NCBI GenBank assembly: GCA_963749235.1
Contig: CAVVLV010000001.1
Location: 1,287,634-1,351,633 of the forward strand
Origin: an uncultured Thermoplasmata archaeon
GTDB taxonomy: Archaea > Thermoplasmatota > Thermoplasmata > Lutacidiplasmatales > UBA184
Length of the DNA: 64,000 bases
Direction of reading: 5' to 3'
Shown: positions 49,998-61,747 of the stretch, piece after piece
Layout: every line of letters starts with the position of its first letter
Numbering within the stretch: position 1 is the first letter of the stretch
Notes under the pieces: model-generated
The model's input: the letters and a program-made list of their open reading frames with translations, nothing else
What the model was told of the DNA's origin: nothing
The model's database searches: none
Position numbers and translations under genes: made by a program

Positions 49998-51546
49998 CTA
50001 GAGCGGGATGTTCCCGTGCTTGCGGGCGGGTCGGTCGTCGCGTTTGGTGGCGAGGAGGCGAAGCCCCTGCACGAGCCGGGTCCGCGTCTCGGCGGGGTCG
50101 ATGACGTCATCGATGTAGCCGCGCTCGGCGGCGAGGTACGGGTTCAGGAACTCGGCCCGGTACTCGGCCACCCGTCGATCGCGTTCGGCCGCCTGCTCCT
50201 CCGAGGGCACGCGCTCGATCTCCTTGCGGAAGAGGATGTTCACCGCCCCGTCCGCGCCCATCACGGCGATCTCGGCGGTCGGCCAGGCGAAGTTGAGGTC
50301 GCCTCCCAAGTGCTTCGAGCACATGACGTCGTAGGCTCCCCCGTACGCCTTCCGCAGGATGACGGTCAGCAACGGGACGGTCGCTTCGGCGTACGCGTAC
50401 AGGAGCTTCGCCCCGTGACGGATGATCCCCCCGTGCTCCTGGGCGACCCCGGGCAGGAAGCCGGGGACGTCGACGAACGTGAGCAGCGGGAGGTTGAACG
50501 CGTCGCAGAACCTGACGAACCGCGCGGCCTTCGTGGAGGCCGGGATGTCGAGGGTGCCGGCGAGGACGGCCGGGTTGTTGGCGACCAGGCCCACCGGTCG
50601 GCCGTCCAACCGGGCGAACCCGACCACGATGTTGCCGGCCCACCCGGCTGGATCTCGAGGAAGGAGGCAACGTCGACGATGCGCTCGATGACCCCGTGCA
50701 CGTCGTACGGCGCGTTCGAGTCCTCGGGGACGACCCCGGCGAGCTCGCCCGCCGCCGAATCCCGGGGCGCGGCCGCGGCCGCGAGGGGGGGCTCCTCCAG
50801 GTTGTTGAGCGGAAGGTAGGAGAGCAGACGGCGGGCCAGTGCGAGGGCGGCGGCGTCGGAGTCGGCCGTGAGGTGCGAGACGCCGCTCACGGTGCCGTGC
50901 GTGTCGGCCCCGCCGAGCGCGTCGAACGAGACCTCCTCTCCCGTGACCGCGCGGATCACGTCCGGTCCGGTGATGAACATGTGGGCCGTCCCGCGCGCCA
51001 TGATCACGAAGTCCGTGATCGCGGGCGAGTAGACTGCCCCGCCCGCGCACGGGCCCAAGATGAGGGAGATCTGCGGTACGACGCCCGACAGCGCGACGTT
51101 CCGGAAGAAGACTTCGCCGTACCGCCCAGGCTCATCACGCCCTCCTGGATGCGGGCCCCGCCGGAATCGTTGAGCCCGACCACGGGGACCCCGGCCTTGC
51201 GGGCGGTCTCCATGATCTTGACGATCTTCATCGCATGCGCCTCGCCGAGCGCGCCCCCGAAGACCGTCGCGTCCTGGGCGAACGCGCAGACGGGCCGGCC
51301 CTCGACCTCGCCCCACCCAGTGACGACCCCATCCCCCGGAATGCGTCGCTCGTCGAGCCCGAAGGTGGACACGCGGTGGGTCACGAAGGGGTCGATCTCG
51401 ACGAACGACTCCGGGTCGAAGAAAGTCTCCAACCGCTCGCGGGCCGAGAGCTTCCCGGCGGCGCGGTGCTTCGCTACGCGGTCGGCCCCTCCGCCCTCCT
51501 GGGCCTTCTTCTTGAGAGCGTTCCACCGGTCGAACGCGGGGGTCAT
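49998..51546 (-). CDS. Acyl-CoA carboxyltransferase (transcarboxylase 12S / PccB / MmdA-like; frameshifts near 51122 and 50643)
   Basis: 'GKLSARERL', '[10 protein letters not shown]', '[12 protein letters not shown]', 'DVPGFLPG', 'RKAYGGAY', 'KHGNIPL'. Each break is repaired by adding one G. Confidence 0.9.
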
Positions 51547-52277
51547 GCTTCCTCCACGACCAGGTCGCCGGCCCGGACCGCCACGGGGCCCTCGCGGGTC
51601 GTGAGCCAGAGTTCGCCCTCGTCCCCCAGGGCCCGAATGACGCCGGTAAGGGTCCCGTCGACGGTCGCGCGACATCCGACCCCGTGCAGCGCGGCGCGGC
51701 ACTCCTCCAGGATCGCCGGCACGTGGCTCGCCGAAGCGAGCGCCTCCGCGGCGGACACGATCGCCTCCACGACGACCTCTTCGAGGGCGTCCAGGGACGG
51801 GGGAACGGGCATCAGTTCGGCGAGGGTCACGACCCGGGGGGCGAGCGCCGGAGGAAAGGCGGCGACGGGGGTCGACACGTTGAGCCCGACCCCCACGACG
51901 GCGGCCCGGCCGAGGGTCGGCGAATCGACCTCGTCGGTCAGGATCCCGGCGAGCTTGCGGGTCCGTCGGCCCTCGAGAATGAGCAGGTCGTTGGGCCACT
52001 TGAGGACGGGGTGGATGCGGTAGCGGTCGGCGAGCGCTCGGCCGATCCGGGCGCCGGCCGCGAGCGGGAGGAGGGCGGCGTTCTCCGTAGGGGCGCGCAC
52101 CACGACCGACAAGTACAGACCGCCCTCGGGCGAGCTCCACGCATGGTCGAGGCGTCCCCGGCCCGACGTTCGGCGACGGGCAACGACCGTCCCACCGTGC
52201 GGCGCCCCGGCCCGGGCACGGCGGATCGCCTCCGTCTGGGTCGAGGGGAGCTCGGTCCGGAATTCGCGAATTCCCAA
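51543..52277 (-). CDS. birA: Biotin--protein ligase
   Basis: 'STQ', 'GRGRLDHAWSSP', 'LKWPNDL', 'RKLAGIL', 'GVGLNV'. TTG start inferred. Confidence 0.9.
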   Translation of the reverse strand: MGIREFRTELPSTQTEAIRRARAGAPHGGTVVARRRTSGRGRLDHAWSSPEGGLYLSVVVRAPTENAALLPLAAGARIGRALADRYRIHPVLKWPNDLLILEGRRTRKLAGILTDEVDSPTLGRAAVVGVGLNVSTPVAAFPPALAPRVVTLAELMPVPPSLDALEEVVVEAIVSAAEALASASHVPAILEECRAALHGVGCRATVDGTLTGVIRALGDEGELWLTTREGPVAVRAGDLVVEEA

Positions 52278-52398
52278 CGTGCGACCCTCCGAGGCCGGGG
52301 ACGGTCCGCGGCGCTTAACCGTTTGCCGGCCCCGGCCGCCGGGCGCGGCCCGGTCCCCCGCATCGCCAGCCCTATAGGGCGCCCCGGCTCGACCCGCC

Positions 52399-52755
52399 GT
52401 GTCCTGCACCCAGGCCCTCCTGGAGAAGCTCGCTCCCGACATCGAGAAGGAGTTGAAGCCGAGGCTCCAAGGATTCATCGGGGCGTTCGTGCGCGCCTAC
52501 CTTCCGCAGGTCTGGGTCTTCGAGACCGAGGAGGGGGCCACCTCGGTCCGTATCGAGCCCACGGGAGCCGTCACGGTAGCGGCCGGGCCCGCGACCGCAC
52601 GGGACGTGACGATCCGCGGACCGCACGACCGGCTGAAGCAGGTCCTCTCGACCCGGACGAAAGGCGGCGCGAAGCCGACCGACTTTTCCGTCGTGGCCCA
52701 CACCGCGAAGGGCCGAGCGGCTCTGGAACAGGTCCGGAGCCGGTTCGGCTTCTAG
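52399..52755 (+). CDS. Hypothetical protein, possibly SCP2-like lipid-binding fold
   Basis: 118 aa; 'GAVTVAAGPATARDVTIRG...L' resembles the SCP2 pattern. Confidence 0.5.
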   Translation: MSCTQALLEKLAPDIEKELKPRLQGFIGAFVRAYLPQVWVFETEEGATSVRIEPTGAVTVAAGPATARDVTIRGPHDRLKQVLSTRTKGGAKPTDFSVVAHTAKGRAALEQVRSRFGF

Positions 52756-52772
52756 CGACCGAGGGGCGGGGC

Positions 52773-54136
<1,364 letters not shown>

Positions 54137-54152
<16 letters not shown>

Positions 54153-54867
54153 GTCCGCCAGGCCCTCAGGATCGTTTGGCCGTCCAGGAACTCGAACCCG
54201 TGCTCGAGGGCGTATCGGCGGGCGGCTTCCAGGTCCCGCGCGCCGCCCGAGTCACCGAGCATCTCGCAGACCGTCGTCGACTCCGAAAGGTGCCCCATCC
54301 GGGCGAGCGAGACGGAAAGCTCCGTATGACCCTTCCGCTCGGAAAGGAGCCCGCGGGCCGCGTAGATGATCGGGATGTGCCCCGGGGAGCTGAACTCGGC
54401 CGCGAATCGCCGTTGCGCCTCCGCGCTCGCGAGCCGGGGGCGTCGCGGGCGAGCTCGCCCAGGGCCCGGATCCCGGTCGCCCGGTCGTTGTCCGGGATCC
54501 CGGTGTACGTGGACCGGTGGTGGACGTGGAGCCCGAAGGGGCTCCGCGCGTCGTACCGCAGCTGCTCGTGGCCCACGTCCTTCAGGATGGGGAAATCGGG
54601 GGCGGCCGCGCCCAGGAGGTCGGCGTAGAACGGAAGCCCGAGGCGGACCCGGAGCTCGTCCGAGATCGCGGTGCAGATCCAGCCGCCCGCGTCCCTCCGA
54701 AGCAGGCGGATGAGCTCCGGCGTCGCGAGCTCGCTCAGGATGACGAGGTCGGTCTCCCCCTCGCGATCCGGCGCATCGAAGATGAGGACGGGTTCGCCGG
54801 TCTCGAGCGCCCGCACCGCGGCGGCGAGCTCGGGCGGCACCGGACGAGACGTTTCCACCTGCAACAC
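54137..54867 (-). CDS. ribB: 3,4-dihydroxy-2-butanone 4-phosphate synthase (frameshift near 54435)
   Basis: '[10 protein letters not shown]', 'DAGGWIC', '[10 protein letters not shown]'. The shifted frame gives 'FSSPGHIP...RKGHTELS...CEMLGD' and ends at TAA 54137-54139. Confidence 0.88.
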
Positions 54868-54912
54868 AGGGGTACGACCGGGTGGAGACTAATAAGTAAG
54901 TTGTAACTACTC

Positions 54913-54918
54913 AAAAAA
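54913..54918 (-). terminator. Oligo-T tract downstream of the 16S rRNA gene
   Basis: AAAAAA on + (T6 on -) just past the 3' processing arm; archaeal terminators are often oligo-T. Confidence 0.4.
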
Positions 54919-54927
54919 GGGTTGATG

Positions 54928-56602
<1,675 letters not shown>

Positions 56603-56821
56603 TCCGAGAGGTCACTCCCCGTCTCCAGGGAGGGGATCTCGGGGCTCCACGCCCCATCGGGCCATCTGTGGCGTCGCCTTGGAAGAGGCCGGTTCATGTG
56701 TCCCCGGCTCGCCGTGGCGGCGTCCCACAGTCGTTCCCCCGGAGGGGTCCGACCGCAGTGCGCGGGCCGAGGAGGGCCTCCTACTTAAGCCCCACTCCCG
56801 GGGTTTTTTTCGCGCGGTCGA

Positions 56822-58840
56822 CTACCAGATCGCGACCCGGAGTTTCTTCTTCCGCCACATGGGGCGGCCCGGGGCGACCTGGAACGCCTCGAAGAAGGCG
56901 TCCAGGTTGTCGACCGCCCCGCGCACGCGGAACATGCCGGGCGCGTGCGGGTCGATGACCTGGAGACGTCGGGTCTCGGGTTCCAGGATGTTCTGTCGCC
57001 AGACCTGCGCCCAGGAGAGGAAGAACCGTTGCTCCGGAGTGAACCCGTCGATCGGGCGGCGGCGATCGGGGTTCCGGGCGAGCCGGCGCTGCAGCGCCTC
57101 GTACGCGATGCTGAGCCCCCCCAGGTCAGCGAGGTTCTCACCCAAGGTCAGCTCCCCCCGGACCGGTAGCCCGGGGAGGGGTTCGAAGTGGTTGTACTCG
57201 TCCACGACCTGTTGCGCCCGCCGGCCGAACTCGTGCGCATCGGACGCGGTCCACCAGTCCGACAAATTCCCCTCCGCGTCGAACTTCCGCCCCTGGTCGT
57301 CGTAGCCGTGGGTGATCTCGTGCCCGATGACCGCTCCGATCCCTCCGTAGTTGACCCCGTCGTCCATCGTCACGTCGAAGAAGGGGGGCTGGAGGATCCC
57401 GGCCGGGAACACGATCTCGTTCTTCACGGGGCTGAAGTAGGCGTTCACGGTCGGCGGCGTCATGTCCCATTCGGTCCGGTCGACCGGATGCCCGACGCGC
57501 ACCGCCTGCCGGTGGACCTCGAAGGCTCGAGCGCGTCGGACGTTGCCGTAGTACTCGTCCCGGCGCACGCGGACCGCGGAGTAATCCCGGAACCGGTCGG
57601 GGTGGCCGATCTTCGCTTGGAACCGGGCGAACTTCTCGAGAGCCCGACGCCGCGTCGCCGCGGTCATCCAGGGCCGGTGGGCGAGCCGATCCGTAAAGAC
57701 CGCCTTGAGATCCTCCACCAGCTCGGCCATCCGGGCGCGGGCCTCGGGCGGAAAATGCTCCTTGACGTAGAGCTCGCCGAGCGCCTCCCCCATCACCCGA
57801 TCGATGACGAGGGCCGCGCGCTTCCACGCCGGCTCCGGCTCGGCCTGGCCCAGGAGCGTTCGGTGGAAGAAGTCGAAATCGCTCGCCTCGGCGGCTTCGT
57901 GCAGAAAGGGAGCGGCACTCCGGAGGACCTGCCAACGGAGGTACTCCTGCCATTCGGCCACGGAGTGGGCGGAAAGCGCGCGCTCGACCGCCTCGAAGAA
58001 CTCGGGCTGTCCGACGATGACGTAGGGGGTGGTGCCGAGCCCGCGCTCGGAGAGGTAGAGGTTCCAGGGCGTCCTCGGGTTGGCCGCCCCGAGCTCGTCC
58101 ATCGTGCGCCGGTGGTAGTTCTTCTCCTCGTCCCGCAGGTCGGTCCGGGACCGGCTCGCCCGGGCGAACTCGGACTCGATATCGACCACCGTCTCGGCCG
58201 CGGCCGTGGCCCGATTCACGTTCAAGCCGAGGGAACGGAAGCTCCGGTCCAGGTGGGTCCGGTACGACCCGAGCACCCCGCCGAACTTGGGGTCGAGATA
58301 GTACTCCCGATCCGGTAGCGAGAGACCCCCCTGGTCCAGGTAGAACGCGTAGACGGCGCTGTGGCGCTTGTCCGGGTAGACGTAGCTGTCGAAGAGGCCG
58401 TGGGCGCCGATCCGGTGGAGCCCGGCGAGCGCCCGATAGAGGTCGTCGATCGAGGCGACCCGCTCGACGGCCGCCAGGTCGTCGGCGATCGGCTGGAACC
58501 GAAGATCCTCCCGCCGCCGAGAATCGAGGGCGGACGCGAAGAAGTCGCCGACCTTGCGGGACGGCGAGTTCGCGGGCGCGCCCGGATCCGCCGCGGTGCG
58601 TTCCAGGATCGCCCGAAGGTGTCGGAAATTCTGGTTGAGCAGCTCATCGAACGCGCCCCATCGGGACTTATCGGAGGGCACCGGGTTCTCCCGGCGCCAC
58701 GTTCCGTTCGCGAACTCGTAGAAGTCGTCGGAGGGATCGACCGATCGATCGATCCGGGCCACGGAGAAGCGGGGGTCCGCCGCCGGCGGGTCCGGAGAAG
58801 TCGGCGCCGGGCCGTTCGGGGTGATGGGTGGTTCGGGCAT
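56822..58840 (-). CDS. M13 family metallopeptidase (neprilysin/PepO-like)
   Basis: 'DDFYEFANG', 'VNAYF', 'GILQPPFF', 'HEITHGYDDQG', 'GENLAD'. Confidence 0.95.
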   Translation of the reverse strand: MPEPPITPNGPAPTSPDPPAADPRFSVARIDRSVDPSDDFYEFANGTWRRENPVPSDKSRWGAFDELLNQNFRHLRAILERTAADPGAPANSPSRKVGDFFASALDSRRREDLRFQPIADDLAAVERVASIDDLYRALAGLHRIGAHGLFDSYVYPDKRHSAVYAFYLDQGGLSLPDREYYLDPKFGGVLGSYRTHLDRSFRSLGLNVNRATAAAETVVDIESEFARASRSRTDLRDEEKNYHRRTMDELGAANPRTPWNLYLSERGLGTTPYVIVGQPEFFEAVERALSAHSVAEWQEYLRWQVLRSAAPFLHEAAEASDFDFFHRTLLGQAEPEPAWKRAALVIDRVMGEALGELYVKEHFPPEARARMAELVEDLKAVFTDRLAHRPWMTAATRRRALEKFARFQAKIGHPDRFRDYSAVRVRRDEYYGNVRRARAFEVHRQAVRVGHPVDRTEWDMTPPTVNAYFSPVKNEIVFPAGILQPPFFDVTMDDGVNYGGIGAVIGHEITHGYDDQGRKFDAEGNLSDWWTASDAHEFGRRAQQVVDEYNHFEPLPGLPVRGELTLGENLADLGGLSIAYEALQRRLARNPDRRRPIDGFTPEQRFFLSWAQVWRQNILEPETRRLQVIDPHAPGMFRVRGAVDNLDAFFEAFQVAPGRPMWRKKKLRVAIW

Positions 58841-58916
58841 GCGCCGATCCTTGGGAGCCCCGAGGTCCGGCAGGTCAAGAACGTTTCCGTCGGAGGCCCC
58901 GCGCCGGGGCGCGGCC

Positions 58917-59651
58917 CTACATCTCGCCGCGCTCGATCTGGCGCACGCAGAGCGGCACTTCCAGGAGCGAGGTGATCTCCGGAGGGTCCATCCCCAGGCC
59001 GGTGCCGTCCCGGTTCAGCCAGACCGAGTGGAGCCCCGCCGCGAGCGCGCCGCGCGTGTCCGTCCAGGGGAGGTCGCCGACGTAGAGGGTCTCGGCCGGA
59101 TCGACCTTCAATCGCTCGGTGGCCCGTCGGAAGATCGCCGCGTCCGGTTTCGCCACGCCCTCGCTCCCCGACGAGACGATCCGCTCGAAGTAGGAGAGGA
59201 CGCCGACCCGGTCCAGGAGCCGACGCAGGCTCGCCTCGCTGGAGGAGTTCGACACGATCCCGAGCCGGCGATGCTCCTTCACGAGGGTGTCGAGACAGCG
59301 TCGCACGTCGGAGTAGAGCCGGATGGGGCGCTCGTCGGGCGAGCGGAGCCGAAGAAACTTCAAGCCCACCCCGGGTTCGAGCTCCCGCTCCGCCGCGCGG
59401 GACAAGACGTGGGTCCAGAACCGGGCGAGGCGCGCCTCCTGGGAGCCGTCGGGCGGGTGGGCGTCGAACTCCGCCACGACCTCGGTGTAGGCGTGGGCCA
59501 AGTTGTCGATGTCGAGCTCGAGGAAGAGCCGCCGGGCGAGGTCGGCCCAGCCCGAGAAGTCCCGCTCGTCGACCAGGGTCCCCCCCACGTCGAAGAGGAC
59601 GGCGCGGATCTTGGGGGCGCGATGGGGCACGTCCGGCCGGAAGTCCGGCAC
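58917..59651 (-). CDS. HAD-superfamily hydrolase (subfamily IA)
   Basis: 'FDVGGTL', 'IVSN', 'KPDAAIF', 'YVGD...D'. Confidence 0.9.
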   Translation of the reverse strand: MPDFRPDVPHRAPKIRAVLFDVGGTLVDERDFSGWADLARRLFLELDIDNLAHAYTEVVAEFDAHPPDGSQEARLARFWTHVLSRAAERELEPGVGLKFLRLRSPDERPIRLYSDVRRCLDTLVKEHRRLGIVSNSSSEASLRRLLDRVGVLSYFERIVSSGSEGVAKPDAAIFRRATERLKVDPAETLYVGDLPWTDTRGALAAGLHSVWLNRDGTGLGMDPPEITSLLEVPLCVRQIERGEM

Positions 59652-59700
59652 GGCTCATTACCCTTGGTCGCTCCCGCCCGGGAGCGCGCGGTGAGGCGCG

Positions 59701-60126
59701 TTAGGCCACGCTGACGCTGACGATGTCCGAGTGGCGGAGCAGGATCGCCCGGGCGACCTTCAGGTTCTTCCCCGCCTTGCCGATCGCGCGCGCCTTCCAG
59801 GCGGGATCGACCGTCACGGTCGCGTGGCGGCCCTTCCCCTTCGGGGCGAGGTCGACCCGCTTCGGTGAGTACCAGTAGAAGATGTTGCGGGCCAAGGTCT
59901 CCGGGTCGTCCGCGAACTCGACGACCTGGATCTCCTTCTTCAGCATCCCCTTCAGCCGGTCGACCAGCACGCCGCCGGGTCCGACCGCCTTGTGGACCTC
60001 ACCGGGGTAGACCAAGAAGACGAGCTTGTCCTCCGCCTCGAGGCAGTCCCGGACGCGGGCGCCGGTCCGTTCCTCGAACAGGCGAATGTAGCCGATCGTC
60101 TCGTTGTCGAACGCGATCTCGGTCAT
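59701..60126 (-). CDS. nusA: Archaeal NusA transcription factor
   Basis: Two KH domains, 'AIGKAGKNL'; canonical position after rpl30e. Confidence 0.92.
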   Translation of the reverse strand: MTEIAFDNETIGYIRLFEERTGARVRDCLEAEDKLVFLVYPGEVHKAVGPGGVLVDRLKGMLKKEIQVVEFADDPETLARNIFYWYSPKRVDLAPKGKGRHATVTVDPAWKARAIGKAGKNLKVARAILLRHSDIVSVSVA

Positions 60127-60157
60127 CGGTCGAAGAGGTTCCGAGCCCGGGATCCCG

Positions 60158-60445
60158 TCACGTCTCGAGCGAGAGGATCGCGCTCGATCCCGCGTCCAGG
60201 ATCGCCATCGCGCTCACGGGGAACGGACGCCCGCACGCTTGGCCCAGCTCGACCGCGGTCCCCTCGTAGTGGTAGATCGGGACCTTGCCGAGCGCGCGGT
60301 CGGTCCGTAGCTTCTCGTCGGGGCACGTGGTCGAGACGATCAGCAGCTTCGCCTTCTTCCCCTCGGCCGCCTCGCGCGCCTCGGCGACGCCGAGCTTGAC
60401 CTTCCCCGTCTCGAGGGCGACCTTCAGCGCATGGGCGAGGTCCAT
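60158..60445 (-). CDS. rpl30e: 50S ribosomal protein L30e
   Basis: 'ALETGKVKLG', 'ELGQACGRPFPVSAMAILDAGSSAIL'. Confidence 0.95.
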   Translation of the reverse strand: MDLAHALKVALETGKVKLGVAEAREAAEGKKAKLLIVSTTCPDEKLRTDRALGKVPIYHYEGTAVELGQACGRPFPVSAMAILDAGSSAILSLET

Positions 60446-60448
60446 GGA

Positions 60449-61747
60449 CTACGCCCCCTCCACGGCGACGGGTTCCGGCGGCGGCGCGGGCTTCTCCACC
60501 CGGGCGAGCGGTCGGTAGACCAGGTTGACGGCCCCCGTGCCCAGCGTGATCGGTTGGCCGACGATGATGTTCTCGGCGACGCCCTTCAACTCGTCCACCT
60601 CGCCGATGATGGCGGCGCGCAGGAGGTGCGCGGCGGTGATCTCGAAGGCGGCCCGCGCGAGCACACTCGACTTCTTGCCGGAGATCCCGTGCCGGCCGAT
60701 GGCGCGGATGTCCCCTTCGTTCGTCATGAGGTCGGAGACCAACATCAGGTGGCGGATGTCCACGCCGAGTCCCTGCTCCGCGAGGGTTCGGTTCGCCTCG
60801 AAGATCAGGGCGGCCCGGGCCGCCTCGACGCCGTAGACCCGGTAGATCTCGAAGACCGAGTTGGTCGTCGTCCGTACGCCGTCCACGCCGGTGATCTCGA
60901 GGACGCCGTCCAGGTTGGAACCCTCGGTGTAGATGACATACTCGTCCTTTTCCCGTCGGATCAGCGCCCGCCGGATCCCGAGGACGCCCTTGATCTGGAT
61001 CCCCTTGGCCTCCTCGCTCGCGAGGAGGAGCTTCTTGAACGGCATCTCCTCGACGAGTTCCTCCTTGCGGGACTTCGTCGGGGTCGTCCGGGCCTCCTTG
61101 AGCTGGATCTCGAACGTTCGGGTCTCCCCGCTCCCGGAGCCCGGCTTGAGCTCGAAGAGTCGGCCGTCCAGGTTCTCCAGGAGCGCCGCCTCGATCTCCG
61201 CGCGCTTGACCCCACGCGCGCTCATCAGCGCCGCCTGGGGGCTCACGAGGACCTTGAGATCCTCGACGACGGTGCCGACCACGGCGACGTCGGGCACGGT
61301 CGTGACCTCGATCCGGAGCGCGATCGCCTCGACCGCGTCCCGGTCGTTCTTGAACTTCCGGTCGACGTGGACCGTCATCATCGGCGTGGAAGGAACGCGA
61401 CGCGCATCGACGAGCTCGATCAAGCGCGGCAGGCCGAGCGTGACGTTCATCTCGGCGACGCCGGCGTAGTGGAAGGTACGCAACGTCATCTGCGTGCCGG
61501 GCTCGCCGATCGATTGCGCGGCGATGATGCCGACCGACTCGTGCGCGTCGACCTCGGCGCGACCGAACCGGCGGGCGACCTCGTGGAGGATCTTGGACGT
61601 GTCCGAAGGCGAGAGCCGCAGGCTCTGGATCTTGGCCCTGAGCCCGTCCACGAGCGAGGGCGGGAGCCGCACGCCCTCCGCCTTGGCGACTTCCTGGATC
61701 CGCTGCGCCAAGTCCTTGCCCGGTTTCTTCTCTTCCGCCATCGTCAT
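60449..61747 (-). CDS. rpoA2: DNA-directed RNA polymerase subunit A'' (Rpo1C)
   Basis: '[20 protein letters not shown]', 'GLPRLIE', 'SVLARAAFE', '[10 protein letters not shown]'. Confidence 0.97.
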   Translation of the reverse strand: MTMAEEKKPGKDLAQRIQEVAKAEGVRLPPSLVDGLRAKIQSLRLSPSDTSKILHEVARRFGRAEVDAHESVGIIAAQSIGEPGTQMTLRTFHYAGVAEMNVTLGLPRLIELVDARRVPSTPMMTVHVDRKFKNDRDAVEAIALRIEVTTVPDVAVVGTVVEDLKVLVSPQAALMSARGVKRAEIEAALLENLDGRLFELKPGSGSGETRTFEIQLKEARTTPTKSRKEELVEEMPFKKLLLASEEAKGIQIKGVLGIRRALIRREKDEYVIYTEGSNLDGVLEITGVDGVRTTTNSVFEIYRVYGVEAARAALIFEANRTLAEQGLGVDIRHLMLVSDLMTNEGDIRAIGRHGISGKKSSVLARAAFEITAAHLLRAAIIGEVDELKGVAENIIVGQPITLGTGAVNLVYRPLARVEKPAPPPEPVAVEGA

